33,768 nucleotides of DNA from Actinomycetota bacterium (GCA_049302895.1 JBAQMN010000034.1:1-33768); one strand, 5' to 3'. Counted from the first letter of the stretch, positions 17,049 to 26,276 are shown. Notes: generated from the letters alone by a model not told the origin. Made by a program: numbers and translations.

Positions 17049-17699
17049 ATGTTTTCTACTTATGTGGAGAGGTATCGGGTCGCGCGGTACAACGCTTTTA
17101 AATGGCGATATGAGCTGAGTATCGCGAAAAAACTGGGTCTTGTTTTTGGTATGGCTGTTTTGACCGGGCTGGTGGCGCAGATCGGAATTCTCCTGCCCTG
17201 GAGCCCCGTACCGATTACAGGTCAAACGTTTGCCGTATTGCTGGCGGGGGTGCTGCTCGGTAGGTGGTACGGGGGTTTAAGTCAACTTATATATGCGGTG
17301 CTCGGTGTTGCCGGGGTACCCTGGTTCGGCGGATGGACCGGAGGGACAGGTGTTCTTTTTGGCCCCACCGGTGGGTACATCATAGGTTTCGTTTTGGCTG
17401 CCTGGTTTATAGGGTATTTCACAGATACACGCATCCGTTCGAGAAATTTCCTTCCTATGCTGGGGCTGATGCTTTTTGCCAATTTTGTTTTAATTCACGG
17501 GCCTGGTTTAATGCAGTTAGGTCTGTATTTAACTCTTGTTAAGGGACTCAAGCTCACCCTGATAAAATTGCTTTGGATGGGTACGATTCCTTTTATTCCG
17601 GGAGATGTCTTGAAAGCGGTGGCTGCGGCGGCGGCGACAAAGAGTATCACTCCCAAAGAATCTTACAACGGAGAGGTCGATGCGGAAAAGCCTGCCTGA
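17049..17699 (+). CDS. bioY: biotin transporter S-component BioY
   Basis: PVPITGQTFAVLLAG.LLG ... GPTGGYIIGF ... IPGD..K pattern of the BioY family. Strong RBS (gaggagg) upstream of the ATG. Confidence 0.85.
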   Translation: MFSTYVERYRVARYNAFKWRYELSIAKKLGLVFGMAVLTGLVAQIGILLPWSPVPITGQTFAVLLAGVLLGRWYGGLSQLIYAVLGVAGVPWFGGWTGGTGVLFGPTGGYIIGFVLAAWFIGYFTDTRIRSRNFLPMLGLMLFANFVLIHGPGLMQLGLYLTLVKGLKLTLIKLLWMGTIPFIPGDVLKAVAAAAATKSITPKESYNGEVDAEKPA

Positions 17700-18126
17700 C
17701 GGCAGGCAGGCGGATTCGGATTCCTTGAAGAATATTGAGATTCGAGCCCATCATCTCTTGTGTTTAATCGGTTTTCGTGGCTTGGGCTACGATGAAAAAT
17801 TCATTGAGAATATGGAAAACGTGGCCCAGCTCTTTAGGTCAAATGGTGCTATTTTTTCCATAATCAACACGGCCGATTCTATTTGCTCAGCGTGTCCTTA
17901 TAATAAGGACGGCAACTGCGCAAAGGAACAGGATTCAGAGCGGAGGGTCAGAAGCAAAGATTTACAGGTCATAGACAGGCTTGGACTTGCGGTTGGAGAC
18001 GAACTTCGGTCTGATGAACTTTTGAAACTGATTAAAGAAAGGATTTCTCCAGCCGATATGACGAAAATCTGTCAGGGCTGTGAATGGCTAAACTTGGGAT
18101 ACTGCACCGATGGATTAAAGATTTGA
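17680..18126 (+). CDS. DUF1284-type Cys-rich protein
   Basis: IRAHHLLCLIGFRGLGY plus CxxC...C...CxxC spacing recalls DUF1284. The start is uncertain: ATG 17680 overlaps bioY, and TTG 17725 gives an N-terminus closer to the family. Confidence 0.55.
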   Translation: MRKSLPDGRQADSDSLKNIEIRAHHLLCLIGFRGLGYDEKFIENMENVAQLFRSNGAIFSIINTADSICSACPYNKDGNCAKEQDSERRVRSKDLQVIDRLGLAVGDELRSDELLKLIKERISPADMTKICQGCEWLNLGYCTDGLKI

Positions 18127-18141
18127 GGTCGAGGTAGAGCA

Positions 18142-18933
18142 ATGCTGCTGGCAATTGATGTTGGAAATACCCAGACAGCCATTGGCGTGTTCAAAGATAA
18201 GGACTTGCTCTGTCACTGGCGAATCTCCACCCACGCCGAGAAGACCAGCGATGAGTGGGCAGTCACCATAACCAGTCTCCTTACTGTTCAGGGAGTCCGG
18301 TTTAAAGAGATAAAAGCGGCGGTCATTTCTTCTGTTGTTCCCGCCGCCACTCGCGCTTTAGAAGAGATGGTCTCCACTACCGTAGCTCTTAAACCCATCC
18401 TTATCGGTCCCGAAGCAAAGATAAATATTAGTCTTCTTTACGACGACCCTCGCGAGATAGGGGCGGACAGGATTGTCAACGCCGTAGCTGTTTATAACCT
18501 GTATGGCGGGCCGGCCATCGTGGTTGACTTCGGCACGGCTACAACCTTTGACGTTATCTCTGAAAAAGGCGAGTATTTGGGGGGAGCCATCGCACCCGGA
18601 ATCGAGATTTCTACCGACGCCTTGTTCGAGAAGGCTGCCAAGCTTTCCAAGGTGGAGTTTCGAAAGCCGGCGCGAGTGGTGGGTAAGAATACTGTTGAGA
18701 GTCTCCAATCGGGAATCATTTATGGCTTCGCCGGCCAGGTGGATTCCATGGTGGAGCGCATTATTGATGAACTGAAGGTTAGCGAAAGGGACAGAGTAAA
18801 AGTTGTTGCCACCGGTGGCCTGGCCGAACTGCTGGTTCCCGTCTGTAAGACCATTACTCAGCACGATCCTCTTTTAACCCTCAAAGGCCTCAAAATCCTT
18901 TACGACCTGAATACCCTTGGAAAGCGGACCTAA
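18142..18933 (+). CDS. coaX: type III pantothenate kinase
   Basis: MLLAIDVGNT N-terminus, GADR and DFGTATT motifs. 263 aa. Confidence 0.9.
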   Translation: MLLAIDVGNTQTAIGVFKDKDLLCHWRISTHAEKTSDEWAVTITSLLTVQGVRFKEIKAAVISSVVPAATRALEEMVSTTVALKPILIGPEAKINISLLYDDPREIGADRIVNAVAVYNLYGGPAIVVDFGTATTFDVISEKGEYLGGAIAPGIEISTDALFEKAAKLSKVEFRKPARVVGKNTVESLQSGIIYGFAGQVDSMVERIIDELKVSERDRVKVVATGGLAELLVPVCKTITQHDPLLTLKGLKILYDLNTLGKRT

Positions 18934-18990
18934 AGGTCCGCCACTACATTAAAATCTACATTAAGTGTAGAGGTCGACCTTTAGGTCGAC
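18924..18990. repeat. palindromic intergenic element (cggacc/gtcgacc hairpin family) straddling the coaX stop codon
   Basis: gcggacc-taaa-ggtccgc (18924-18941; the loop holds the coaX TAA), ctaca-ttaag-tgtag, and gtcgacc-ttta-ggtcgac (18973-18990). The same hairpin units occur at 12294-12341. Confidence 0.8.
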
Positions 18991-19026
18991 TTTCTGCGTT
19001 CTTGGCGACAGAATCGGTTGCAAGCG

Positions 19027-19076
19027 AACGAAGGGTGTGGTATATTGTGCACAAGTTTGCGCACAAGAAAAGAGCG
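19027..19076 (+). promoter_or_regulatory. candidate promoter plus tandem operator-like repeats upstream of the HTH gene
   Basis: TTGCAA (19027-19032), 17 nt, extended -10 TGgTATATT (19047-19055). Immediately after comes TTGTGCACAAG (19054-19064; ttgtgcacaa is a perfect palindrome), then TTGCGCACAAG (19066-19076), 12 nt apart. Confidence 0.4.
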
Positions 19077-19114
19077 ACTGGACAGGAGCTCTTTCTCGCG
19101 CGAGGTAGGGCGCT

Positions 19115-19639
19115 GTGAAAACTGTAAGAATCGGCGACAAGATCATCAGTCTGGAGAGAGCCAGAAACCTTATTGAAAGGATATTCCATCTCAGGCAGTC
19201 GGGTTCGACCCAGCAGGAGGTGGCCTCAATGCTGGGGGTTGAGCGCTCTTTCATTTCTCATCTTGAGGGACTGGGTGAGATCCGTCGCAGCAAGCAAATT
19301 GCCCTCCTCGGCTCTGGAATCGGAAATGCTTCAGAGGTCGAAGAGATGGGGAGGGAACTCGGTCTCGACTATGTGCAGTTGTTGGGCAACAAAGCCTCGG
19401 TGGAGGAGATACTCGGCGCTTTAGCGTGGGTGCAGAGTGCGGACTTTGTCGTCTTCATTGGGGGAGATTCAGAAATGGCTCTCTTTGAGAAGATTATCGA
19501 TAAAAAAATACTGGGAATCCCCACGTCGGGAAATAGTAAGCTCGTGGACACAGGAAAGCTGCGAGAGACCCTCAAAAACCTGGCTGAGAAGAGGACCAGG
19601 AGAGCTTATAGATCAGTGAGAAAGGGGCGCAGGACGTGA
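19115..19639 (+). CDS. helix-turn-helix protein with an uncharacterised C-terminal domain
   Basis: GTG start. STQQEVASMLGVERSFISHLE looks like a classic HTH. GTGA start/stop overlap with the next gene. Confidence 0.6.
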   Translation: MKTVRIGDKIISLERARNLIERIFHLRQSGSTQQEVASMLGVERSFISHLEGLGEIRRSKQIALLGSGIGNASEVEEMGRELGLDYVQLLGNKASVEEILGALAWVQSADFVVFIGGDSEMALFEKIIDKKILGIPTSGNSKLVDTGKLRETLKNLAEKRTRRAYRSVRKGRRT

Positions 19640-20544
19640 AAGAGGTAATAAGTGTCAGTTTGGGTTCATCGCGCCGAGACCACGAAGTTCACGTCAAACT
19701 TCTTGGCGAAGAATTTAAAATCAAGCGGATCGGCACGGACGGGAATATGAAGCGAACCATTGAGCTCTTAAAGGAGCTTGATGGAAAGGCGGATGCCTTC
19801 GGGCTGGGCGGTATTGATTTCTATCTCTACGCACCTGGTGGAAAACGATACGCCATCAGGGACGCCATGAAGCTGAAGCGCGCCGTGGAGAAGACTCCTA
19901 TTGTCGACGGGAGCGGGCTCAAAAACACGCTGGAGCGGGAGGTCGTAAACTATCTTCAGGATGGCAGCCAAGTGGATTTTAAGGGCAAGACGGTGCTTAT
20001 GGTTAGCGGAGTCGATAGATTCGGCATGGCCGATGCTTTTCACGATGCAGGATGCAAGATGATCTTTGGTGATCTCATATTCGGTCTAAAAATACCGATA
20101 CCCCTTCGCTCCATGACTAGTTTCCGAATCGTGGCTCGCCTTGTTCTACCAGTTGTAACAAAGATGCCGTTCAAGATGCTCTATCCAACCGGAGAAAAGC
20201 AGGAGAGAGAACCAAAAGAAAAATATGGTAAATACTATCATGAAGCCGACATCATTGCCGGTGATTTTTTGTTCATCAAGAAGCATATGCCTAAGGATAT
20301 GAAAGGGAAAATCGTCCTGACCAACACTGTCACTAAGGATGATGTGGAGGATCTAAGGAGACGAGGGGTCAAGCTCTTGATCACCACTACGCCGGAGTTT
20401 CAAGGAAGATCCTTTGGCACCAATGTCATGGAGGCGACTCTACTGGCCGTAATGAAAAAATCCGCAGACGAGGTCACCGCCCAGGACTACCTGGATATGC
20501 TGAAGAAGCTTGATTTCAAGCCGAGAGTCGAGAAACTCAACTAA
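19636..20544 (+). CDS. conserved protein of unknown function, 302 aa
   Basis: Long ORF with good coding character (SLGSSRRDHEV..., GLGGIDFYLY, PIVDGSGLKNTLE, RSFGTNVMEA). Translationally coupled to both neighbours. I believe homologues are sometimes annotated quinate 5-dehydrogenase, but I cannot verify that here. Confidence 0.6.
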   Translation: MKEVISVSLGSSRRDHEVHVKLLGEEFKIKRIGTDGNMKRTIELLKELDGKADAFGLGGIDFYLYAPGGKRYAIRDAMKLKRAVEKTPIVDGSGLKNTLEREVVNYLQDGSQVDFKGKTVLMVSGVDRFGMADAFHDAGCKMIFGDLIFGLKIPIPLRSMTSFRIVARLVLPVVTKMPFKMLYPTGEKQEREPKEKYGKYYHEADIIAGDFLFIKKHMPKDMKGKIVLTNTVTKDDVEDLRRRGVKLLITTTPEFQGRSFGTNVMEATLLAVMKKSADEVTAQDYLDMLKKLDFKPRVEKLN

Positions 20545-20546
20545 AG

Positions 20547-21632
20547 ATGGAGAAGTTTGCCTTTATACTTCATCCTCTTGATATGGGGCAAATCACTCGG
20601 AAATACCGCATCGCCAAGAAGATTCCCGAAAAGTTGGTGGCGGGTGCGTTCAGACACAAGCGTCCCTGGGCTATCTCGGAGATAACGGGGATCAAATCTC
20701 CTACCGGTCGAGAGGCGATGGGTTGGTTCATCGTCGTTCCGCTCTTACCTCATCAGATTCTCAATCTGAAGGAAAAGTATGTAATCAAAAAGATTGTCAA
20801 GGGCTGCAAGGTGGCCAGCAAACTGGGGGCTAAGATCGTCGGTCTGGGTGCTTTCACTGCCCTGGTGGGCGGCGGCGGCCGCGCTGTGGCCGAAGAAGCA
20901 GAAATCGCTGTTACTACTGGAAACACCTATACGATCGCCACGGCCATCGAAGGGACAAGAAAGGCCGCTGAGCTTATGGATATCAATCTGGAAGAGGCCT
21001 GCGTGGCTGTTGTCGGGGCAACGGGCTCTATCGGGAGTGTCTGTGCACAGGTTCTGGCTCCTCAGGTGGAACGCCTCTACCTGGTTGGAAGGGATGAGGG
21101 GAAGCTTGCCGAGGTGACCGCGAGGGTGAGGGAGAATCTGCCTGGTGAAGCCGATAAGGTAATTTATTCCACTCAGGTCTCTCAGAGTGTCGGTCAGGCT
21201 GATATCATCATCTCTGTAACCAGTGCTATTGACTTTGTTATTCATCCGGAGGATATAAAGGCGGGGGCGGTGGTTTGCGATGTGGCCAGGCCGCGGGATG
21301 TGGCTGAAGCAGTGGCTGAAGTTAGAGACGACGTTCTGGTTATCGATGGAGGAGTGGTTAAGCCGCCAGGGGATGTGGATTTTCACTTTAATTTTGGGCT
21401 GCCGCCCGGTCTGGCTCTGGCCTGCATGGCGGAGACGATGATTCTGGCCCTGGAGGGCAGATACGAGGATTACACCATCGGAAAAGACATAAGCATTGAA
21501 CAGGTCGAAGAGATCAAAGAGATGGCTAAGAGGCACGGGTTTGAGTTGGGCGGCTTCAGAAGTTTCGAAAAAGCTTTAACCGTTGAGCAAATCGAAAAGA
21601 TAAGGAAGAAAGCAAAGAGCAAGCCACTTTGA
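20547..21632 (+). CDS. acyl-ACP reductase (AAR)-like NAD(P)-binding oxidoreductase
   Basis: Collinear resemblance to my recollection of cyanobacterial Aar: FAFILHPLD vs FGLIGHLTS, LGAFTALVGG vs LGGFTSIIFE, TTGNTYT vs TTGNTHT, VAVVGATGSIGSVCAQVL vs VAVVGATGDIGSAVCRWL, ACMAETMILALEG...SIEQVEEIKEMAKRHGF vs ACFAEAMLLEFEG...TIEKMEAIGEASVRHGF. Confidence 0.65.
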   Translation: MEKFAFILHPLDMGQITRKYRIAKKIPEKLVAGAFRHKRPWAISEITGIKSPTGREAMGWFIVVPLLPHQILNLKEKYVIKKIVKGCKVASKLGAKIVGLGAFTALVGGGGRAVAEEAEIAVTTGNTYTIATAIEGTRKAAELMDINLEEACVAVVGATGSIGSVCAQVLAPQVERLYLVGRDEGKLAEVTARVRENLPGEADKVIYSTQVSQSVGQADIIISVTSAIDFVIHPEDIKAGAVVCDVARPRDVAEAVAEVRDDVLVIDGGVVKPPGDVDFHFNFGLPPGLALACMAETMILALEGRYEDYTIGKDISIEQVEEIKEMAKRHGFELGGFRSFEKALTVEQIEKIRKKAKSKPL

Positions 21633-21657
21633 CTTTCTGTTCTTTAGCTCATATAAT
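21629..21657 (+). promoter_or_regulatory. near-consensus sigma-A promoter upstream of greA
   Basis: TTGACT (21629-21634), 17 nt, TATAAT (21652-21657). Confidence 0.4.
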
Positions 21658-21674
21658 GATTAGCACGTCTTGGT

Positions 21675-21709
21675 AGCACTGCTTGTTGAGGGCAGTGCTT
21701 TGTTATAAT
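21675..21709 (+). terminator. hairpin plus T-tract in the spacer/leader before greA, followed by an extended -10 box
   Basis: agcactgc-ttgttgagg-gcagtgct (8-bp stem, 21675-21699), then tttgtt. TGtTATAAT at 21701-21709. Confidence 0.35.
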
Positions 21710-21732
21710 TAAGCGGTAAAGGAAGCACTCTT

Positions 21733-22221
21733 ATGGAAGAGAAAATCGTTTTAACCAAAACCGGATATCAGAAACTTCGTGACGAGCTCGATCATCTGAT
21801 TTCCGTGCGTCGCAAGGAAGTGGCCAAGAGACTCAAAGAGGCCAAAGGCTTTGGCGATCTCTCGGAGAATGCCGAGTACGAAGATGCCAAGAACGAGCAG
21901 GCTTTCGTCGAAGGGCGTATTAAAGAGGTCAAGCACATTCTGACGCATGCCCGTGTTGTGGACGAAGATAAGGTCGAAACTGACGAGGTCCGTGTGGGCC
22001 TGACGGTTACCCTTTGTGACCTTGAGAGCGGCAAGAGGCGAGACTTTAAGATCGTCGGCACCGCAGAGGTTGATCCCGACTTTTACCATATTTCTGACGA
22101 GTCGCCGGTGGGCAAGGCGGTCCTCGGCAAGAAGGTTGGAGATGTCGTAGAGATCCAGGTGCCGCAGGGAATTCTCAAATACAGAATAGAAGCAATCAAA
22201 GGGGCTAAAAGTAACGGTTAA
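21733..22221 (+). CDS. greA: transcription elongation factor GreA
   Basis: LT..GY.KL..EL..L...R..V...L.EA...GDLSENAEY..AK..Q pattern. 162 aa. Confidence 0.95.
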   Translation: MEEKIVLTKTGYQKLRDELDHLISVRRKEVAKRLKEAKGFGDLSENAEYEDAKNEQAFVEGRIKEVKHILTHARVVDEDKVETDEVRVGLTVTLCDLESGKRRDFKIVGTAEVDPDFYHISDESPVGKAVLGKKVGDVVEIQVPQGILKYRIEAIKGAKSNG

Positions 22222-22246
22222 CTTTTAACTCCGGTTGGAGGTTGTA

Positions 22247-23719
22247 GTGGAGGAGCTTAACGAGCTCGTTATCCAACGCCTGAAGAAGATGCAGGCGTTG
22301 GTTTCTTCTGGTGAGGCCCCCTTCAAGGCGAGATACAAGCGAACCCACCTCAATTCGGAAATCGTAAAAGAGTATCAAAACCTCGACCCCGGAGAAAAGA
22401 CCGGGAAGAAGGTTAGAGTCGCCGGACGGATAATGGCGTTTCGCCGCCACGGCAAGGCCAGTTTTACAGTTATAAGAGACGGCTCCGACGATCTCCAGCT
22501 CTATCTCACCGTCGATCTTTTGGGAGAGGCGGATTACAAGCGTTTTCTCGGGTTCGACATAGGAGATTTCGTCGGCTGCGAGGGAGAGGTTTTCAAAACT
22601 CATCGAGGCGAGCTTTCCATCGCTCCCGAGAAGTTTGAGCTACTGACCAAGGCGTTGAGACCGCTTCCCGAGAAATGGCACGGCCTGAGGGACGTCGAAA
22701 CTCGCCACCGCCAGCGATATCTTGACCTCTTGATGAATCCTTCCGTCAAAGAAACCTTTGTTTCAAAAAATAAGGTTATCAAGGGGATTCGTGATTTTCT
22801 GGATAAGAGGGGATTTGTTGAGGTGGAGACGCCGGTGCTTCAACCGATTCCCGGTGGAGCGGCGGCGCGGCCCTTTGTCACTTTCCATCACACGCTGGAC
22901 ACCAATTTGTACCTTCGAATTGCTCCGGAGCTCTATCTAAAAAGGCTTGTCATAGGTGGTTTGGAAAAGGTCTACGAGCTGAACAAGAGTTTTCGAAACG
23001 AGGGAATCTCCGTCAAGCACAATCCCGAATTTCTCATGCTTGAGGTTTACCAGGCCTATGCCGATTACAATGATATGATGCATCTGACGGAGGAACTGAT
23101 TGTGGACCTTGTGAAAAAGGTAAAGGGCGAAACAAAAGTTAACTACCAGGGATACACTCTGGATTTTTCGCCTCCCTGGGCCAGGATGACCATGTTAGAG
23201 GCCATAGAGAAGCTGGCCGGGGTTAAGGTCTCCTTCGAGCAACGTATTGACGAGCTTGAGAAGACTGCCACTGATCTGGGAATAGAGCTGGAATCCGGGC
23301 TTGGGAAGGGCGAGATTGTCGGGGAAATATTCGAGAAGGTGGTAGAGGAGAAGATCGTTCAGCCCACTTTCATACTGGATTATCCCCTTGAGATTTCGCC
23401 GCTGGCCCGGCGGCACCCGAAGAATCCGAATCTCACCGAGAGATTCGAGCTGATTGTTGCGGGACGCGAAATTGCCAATGCATTTTCGGAACTGACCGAT
23501 CCCAGAGAGCAGAGGGAGCGGTTCGAGGCGCAGCTTGAGCGGGGGCGTGTTGAGGAGGGACAGCGGGTCGACGAGGATTTTATTAAGGCTCTGGAATATG
23601 GGATGCCTCCAACGGGAGGCTTGGGAATAGGCGTTGACCGTCTTGTCATGCTCCTAACCGACTCCTATTCCATCAGGGAGGTTATCCTGTTTCCTCAGCT
23701 TAAGGCCGAGAGAGAGTAA
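22247..23719 (+). CDS. lysS: lysine--tRNA ligase (class II)
   Basis: OB-fold N-domain (VRVAGRIMAFRRHGKASF), class II motifs (FRNEG, ELIVAGREIANAFSEL, GLGIGVDRLVM). GTG 22247 follows ggagg by 5 nt; the ORF track starts at TTG 22235. Confidence 0.93.
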   Translation: MEELNELVIQRLKKMQALVSSGEAPFKARYKRTHLNSEIVKEYQNLDPGEKTGKKVRVAGRIMAFRRHGKASFTVIRDGSDDLQLYLTVDLLGEADYKRFLGFDIGDFVGCEGEVFKTHRGELSIAPEKFELLTKALRPLPEKWHGLRDVETRHRQRYLDLLMNPSVKETFVSKNKVIKGIRDFLDKRGFVEVETPVLQPIPGGAAARPFVTFHHTLDTNLYLRIAPELYLKRLVIGGLEKVYELNKSFRNEGISVKHNPEFLMLEVYQAYADYNDMMHLTEELIVDLVKKVKGETKVNYQGYTLDFSPPWARMTMLEAIEKLAGVKVSFEQRIDELEKTATDLGIELESGLGKGEIVGEIFEKVVEEKIVQPTFILDYPLEISPLARRHPKNPNLTERFELIVAGREIANAFSELTDPREQRERFEAQLERGRVEEGQRVDEDFIKALEYGMPPTGGLGIGVDRLVMLLTDSYSIREVILFPQLKAERE

Positions 23720-23728
23720 GTTCAGGGG

Positions 23729-23757
23729 TTGAGTCTTAAACCGAATACTGGTATATT
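23729..23757 (+). promoter_or_regulatory. candidate sigma-A promoter for clpC
   Basis: TTGAGT (23729-23734), 17 nt, TATATT (23752-23757). Confidence 0.4.
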
Positions 23758-23807
23758 AGAGAAGGTAGATGTGTATTTGCGCTTTGTGTTTGGAGGACTA
23801 AGAGGCA

Positions 23808-26273
23808 ATGTTTGAGCGCTTCACGGAGAGGGCCAGACGAGTGGTGGTTTTAGCTCGGGAAGAGGCCCGGATGCTCAATCAGAATTACATAGGTACGGAG
23901 CACCTGCTTCTGGGGTTGATCCTCGAAGGAGAAGGTGTGGCGGCCAAGGCTATCGAAAACCTGGGTATCAGCCTGGAGGACGTGCGTCTTCAGGTTGAGA
24001 AGATAATCGGTCGAGGCGAAGCCACCTCGATGGGACACATTCCCTTCACCCCACGAGCCAAAAAGGTTCTTGAGCTTTCCTTAAGAGAAGCCCTTCAGCT
24101 CGGGCACAATTACATCGGTACCGAGCACATTCTTCTGGGTTTGATCAGAGAGGGCGAGGGCGTGGCCGCCCGTGTTCTGATAAATCTCGGCGCCGATCTG
24201 GAAAGAGTTAGGAATGAGGTAATTCACGTCCTGAGCGGAACCGCTTCCTTCGGTGGGAAGGAGCCAGCGGCTGCCGAGGGAGCAGCCAGGAGTCAGCTTT
24301 TGGACCAGTTCGGCCGTGATCTCACCCGCCTGGCTCAGGAAGGCAAGCTGGATCCGGTTATCGGGCGGCGCCGTGAGATTGAAAGAGTCATGCAGATTCT
24401 CTCCCGTAGAACTAAAAACAATCCCGTTCTGATTGGAGAGCCGGGCGTTGGTAAGACGGCGGTGGTCGAAGGCTTTGCTCAAGCCATCGTGACTAATAAG
24501 GTCCCCGAGATTCTAAAGAATAAACACCTCTATACGTTAGATTTGGGAGCGTTGGTCGCCGGTTCAAGGTATCGAGGCGACTTCGAAGAGCGTTTGAAAA
24601 AGCTGTTAAAAGAGATTCGCAGCAGAGGAGATGTCATTCTCTTCGTCGATGAGGTGCACAATCTGGTAGGAGCGGGTGCGGCTGAGGGCGCAATTGACGC
24701 GGCCAGTATCCTCAAACCTGCTCTGGCCCGGGGAGAACTCCAGACCATCGGCGCGACTACTCTGGACGAATATCGCAAGTATCTGGAGAAGGACGGGGCT
24801 TTGGAGCGGCGGTTCCAGCCGATAGTGGTCGAGGAGCCCTCCGTTGCTGAGACGATCGAGATTCTGAAGGGTCTGCGCGACCGATACGAAATTCATCATG
24901 GTGTGGCCATAACGGACAGCGCGCTGGTTGCCGCGGCCAATCTGGCTAACCGGTACATATCGGATCGCTTCCTCCCCGACAAAGCCATCGACCTTGTCGA
25001 CGAGGCGGGTTCCCGTGTTAAGATCATGAGCATGACGGCTCCGCCTAACTTTCAAGAGATGGAGGAGAGGCTGAAGAGGCTGCGCCAGGAAAAGGCAGCC
25101 GCGATCGAAGCTCAGGAGTACGAAAAAGCGGCCAATCTGAGGGATCAGGAACGGACTCTTCTCTTCGAGAAGGTTCAGCTTGAGCGGGAATGGAAGAGGC
25201 CTCCGGGCGGACGACGGATTCATGTCACTGAGAAGGACATTGCCGACGTTGTCTCATCCTGGACCGGGATTCCCGTCTACGAGCTGACTGAGGAGGAATC
25301 GGAGAAGCTTCTGCGCATGGAAGAGGTTCTGCACAAGCGGGTGGTCGGCCAGGACGCGGCCATCGAAACCATTTCTCGCGCCATTCGACGCGGCCGAGCT
25401 GGGCTAAAGGATCCCAAGCGTCCCACCGGTTCCTTCATTTTCCTCGGACCCTCTGGAGTGGGCAAAACGGAGCTGGCTCGCACGCTGGCCGAGTTCCTCT
25501 TCGGCGATGAGAACGCCCTGATACAGCTGGATATGAGCGAGTATATGGAGAAGCACACCGTTTCTCGTCTGGTGGGTTCTCCTCCCGGTTACATCGGCTA
25601 CGAGGAGGGGGGTCAGCTCACCGAGGCGGTTCGGCGTCGTCCGTACTCGGCAGTACTTCTTGACGAGATTGAAAAGGCTCATCCCGATGTCTTCAACATC
25701 CTCCTACAGATACTTGAAGACGGGCGGCTGACCGACAACCAGGGTCACACTGTCGATTTCCGGAACACGGTTGTCATAATGACGTCCAACCTTGGCGCGA
25801 GGGAGATTCAGAAGGCGACACCCCTGGGCTTTCAGCGTGAGACGGGCAAGGTTTTGTCGTATAGCGAAATGAAGGACAAGGTGCTGGTGGAGCTAAAAAA
25901 GACCTTCCGCCCCGAGTTTTTGAATAGGGTGGATGATGTCATAGTCTTCCATGAACTCTCCCGAGAGGAGATAAAAGCCATCGTCGATCTGATGATTGGC
26001 CGCCTGCAGGAACAGCTCAATTCCTTGGGTCTGAAGATCTCTCTAACAGATCCAGCCAAAGAGCTTCTTGTCCGAGAGGGGTACGATCCCACCTTAGGTG
26101 CCCGACCTCTAAGACGAGCTCTTCAGAGGCTTATTGAGGATCCTCTAAGCGAAGACGTTCTTCGCGGCAAACCAAAGGCCGGTGAAGAGATCACCGTCGA
26201 TGCCAAAGAGGATAAGATAGTTTTCTTGAGGAGGAAATCAGGCAAGCTGGTTAGCAGCAAGAAGAAAGAGTAG
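23808..26273 (+). CDS. clpC: ATP-dependent Clp protease ATP-binding subunit ClpC
   Basis: Duplicated Clp_N repeats ([12 protein letters not shown] / [12 protein letters not shown]), two AAA modules ([16 protein letters not shown]), and a UVR-like linker ([13 protein letters not shown]). 821 aa. Confidence 0.95.
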   Translation: MFERFTERARRVVVLAREEARMLNQNYIGTEHLLLGLILEGEGVAAKAIENLGISLEDVRLQVEKIIGRGEATSMGHIPFTPRAKKVLELSLREALQLGHNYIGTEHILLGLIREGEGVAARVLINLGADLERVRNEVIHVLSGTASFGGKEPAAAEGAARSQLLDQFGRDLTRLAQEGKLDPVIGRRREIERVMQILSRRTKNNPVLIGEPGVGKTAVVEGFAQAIVTNKVPEILKNKHLYTLDLGALVAGSRYRGDFEERLKKLLKEIRSRGDVILFVDEVHNLVGAGAAEGAIDAASILKPALARGELQTIGATTLDEYRKYLEKDGALERRFQPIVVEEPSVAETIEILKGLRDRYEIHHGVAITDSALVAAANLANRYISDRFLPDKAIDLVDEAGSRVKIMSMTAPPNFQEMEERLKRLRQEKAAAIEAQEYEKAANLRDQERTLLFEKVQLEREWKRPPGGRRIHVTEKDIADVVSSWTGIPVYELTEEESEKLLRMEEVLHKRVVGQDAAIETISRAIRRGRAGLKDPKRPTGSFIFLGPSGVGKTELARTLAEFLFGDENALIQLDMSEYMEKHTVSRLVGSPPGYIGYEEGGQLTEAVRRRPYSAVLLDEIEKAHPDVFNILLQILEDGRLTDNQGHTVDFRNTVVIMTSNLGAREIQKATPLGFQRETGKVLSYSEMKDKVLVELKKTFRPEFLNRVDDVIVFHELSREEIKAIVDLMIGRLQEQLNSLGLKISLTDPAKELLVREGYDPTLGARPLRRALQRLIEDPLSEDVLRGKPKAGEEITVDAKEDKIVFLRRKSGKLVSSKKKE

Positions 26274-26276
26274 GGG

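Noticed and set aside
20745-21536. 263-aa minus-strand ORF
   Set aside because: It lies entirely antisense to the well-supported Aar-like CDS. Its composition is low-complexity and rich in R/S/P/H, with no recognisable motifs, as expected of a shadow ORF in a GC-moderate coding region. The same reasoning applies to 24606-25223 (antisense to clpC), 18358-18864 (antisense to coaX), 12316-12903 (antisense to panD and the spacer), and the other short antisense ORFs in the track.
22222-22246. T-box or other leader upstream of lysS (likewise upstream of cysE/cysS)
   Set aside because: The intergenic distances are only a few to about 25 nt, far too short for T-box or riboswitch leaders. These genes appear to be co-transcribed with their upstream neighbours.
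23720-23807. CtsR operator or other heat-shock element upstream of clpC
   Set aside because: I found no tandem (A/G)GTCAAA heptads and no CIRCE-like inverted repeat by eye. Only a plain sigma-A-like promoter is apparent.
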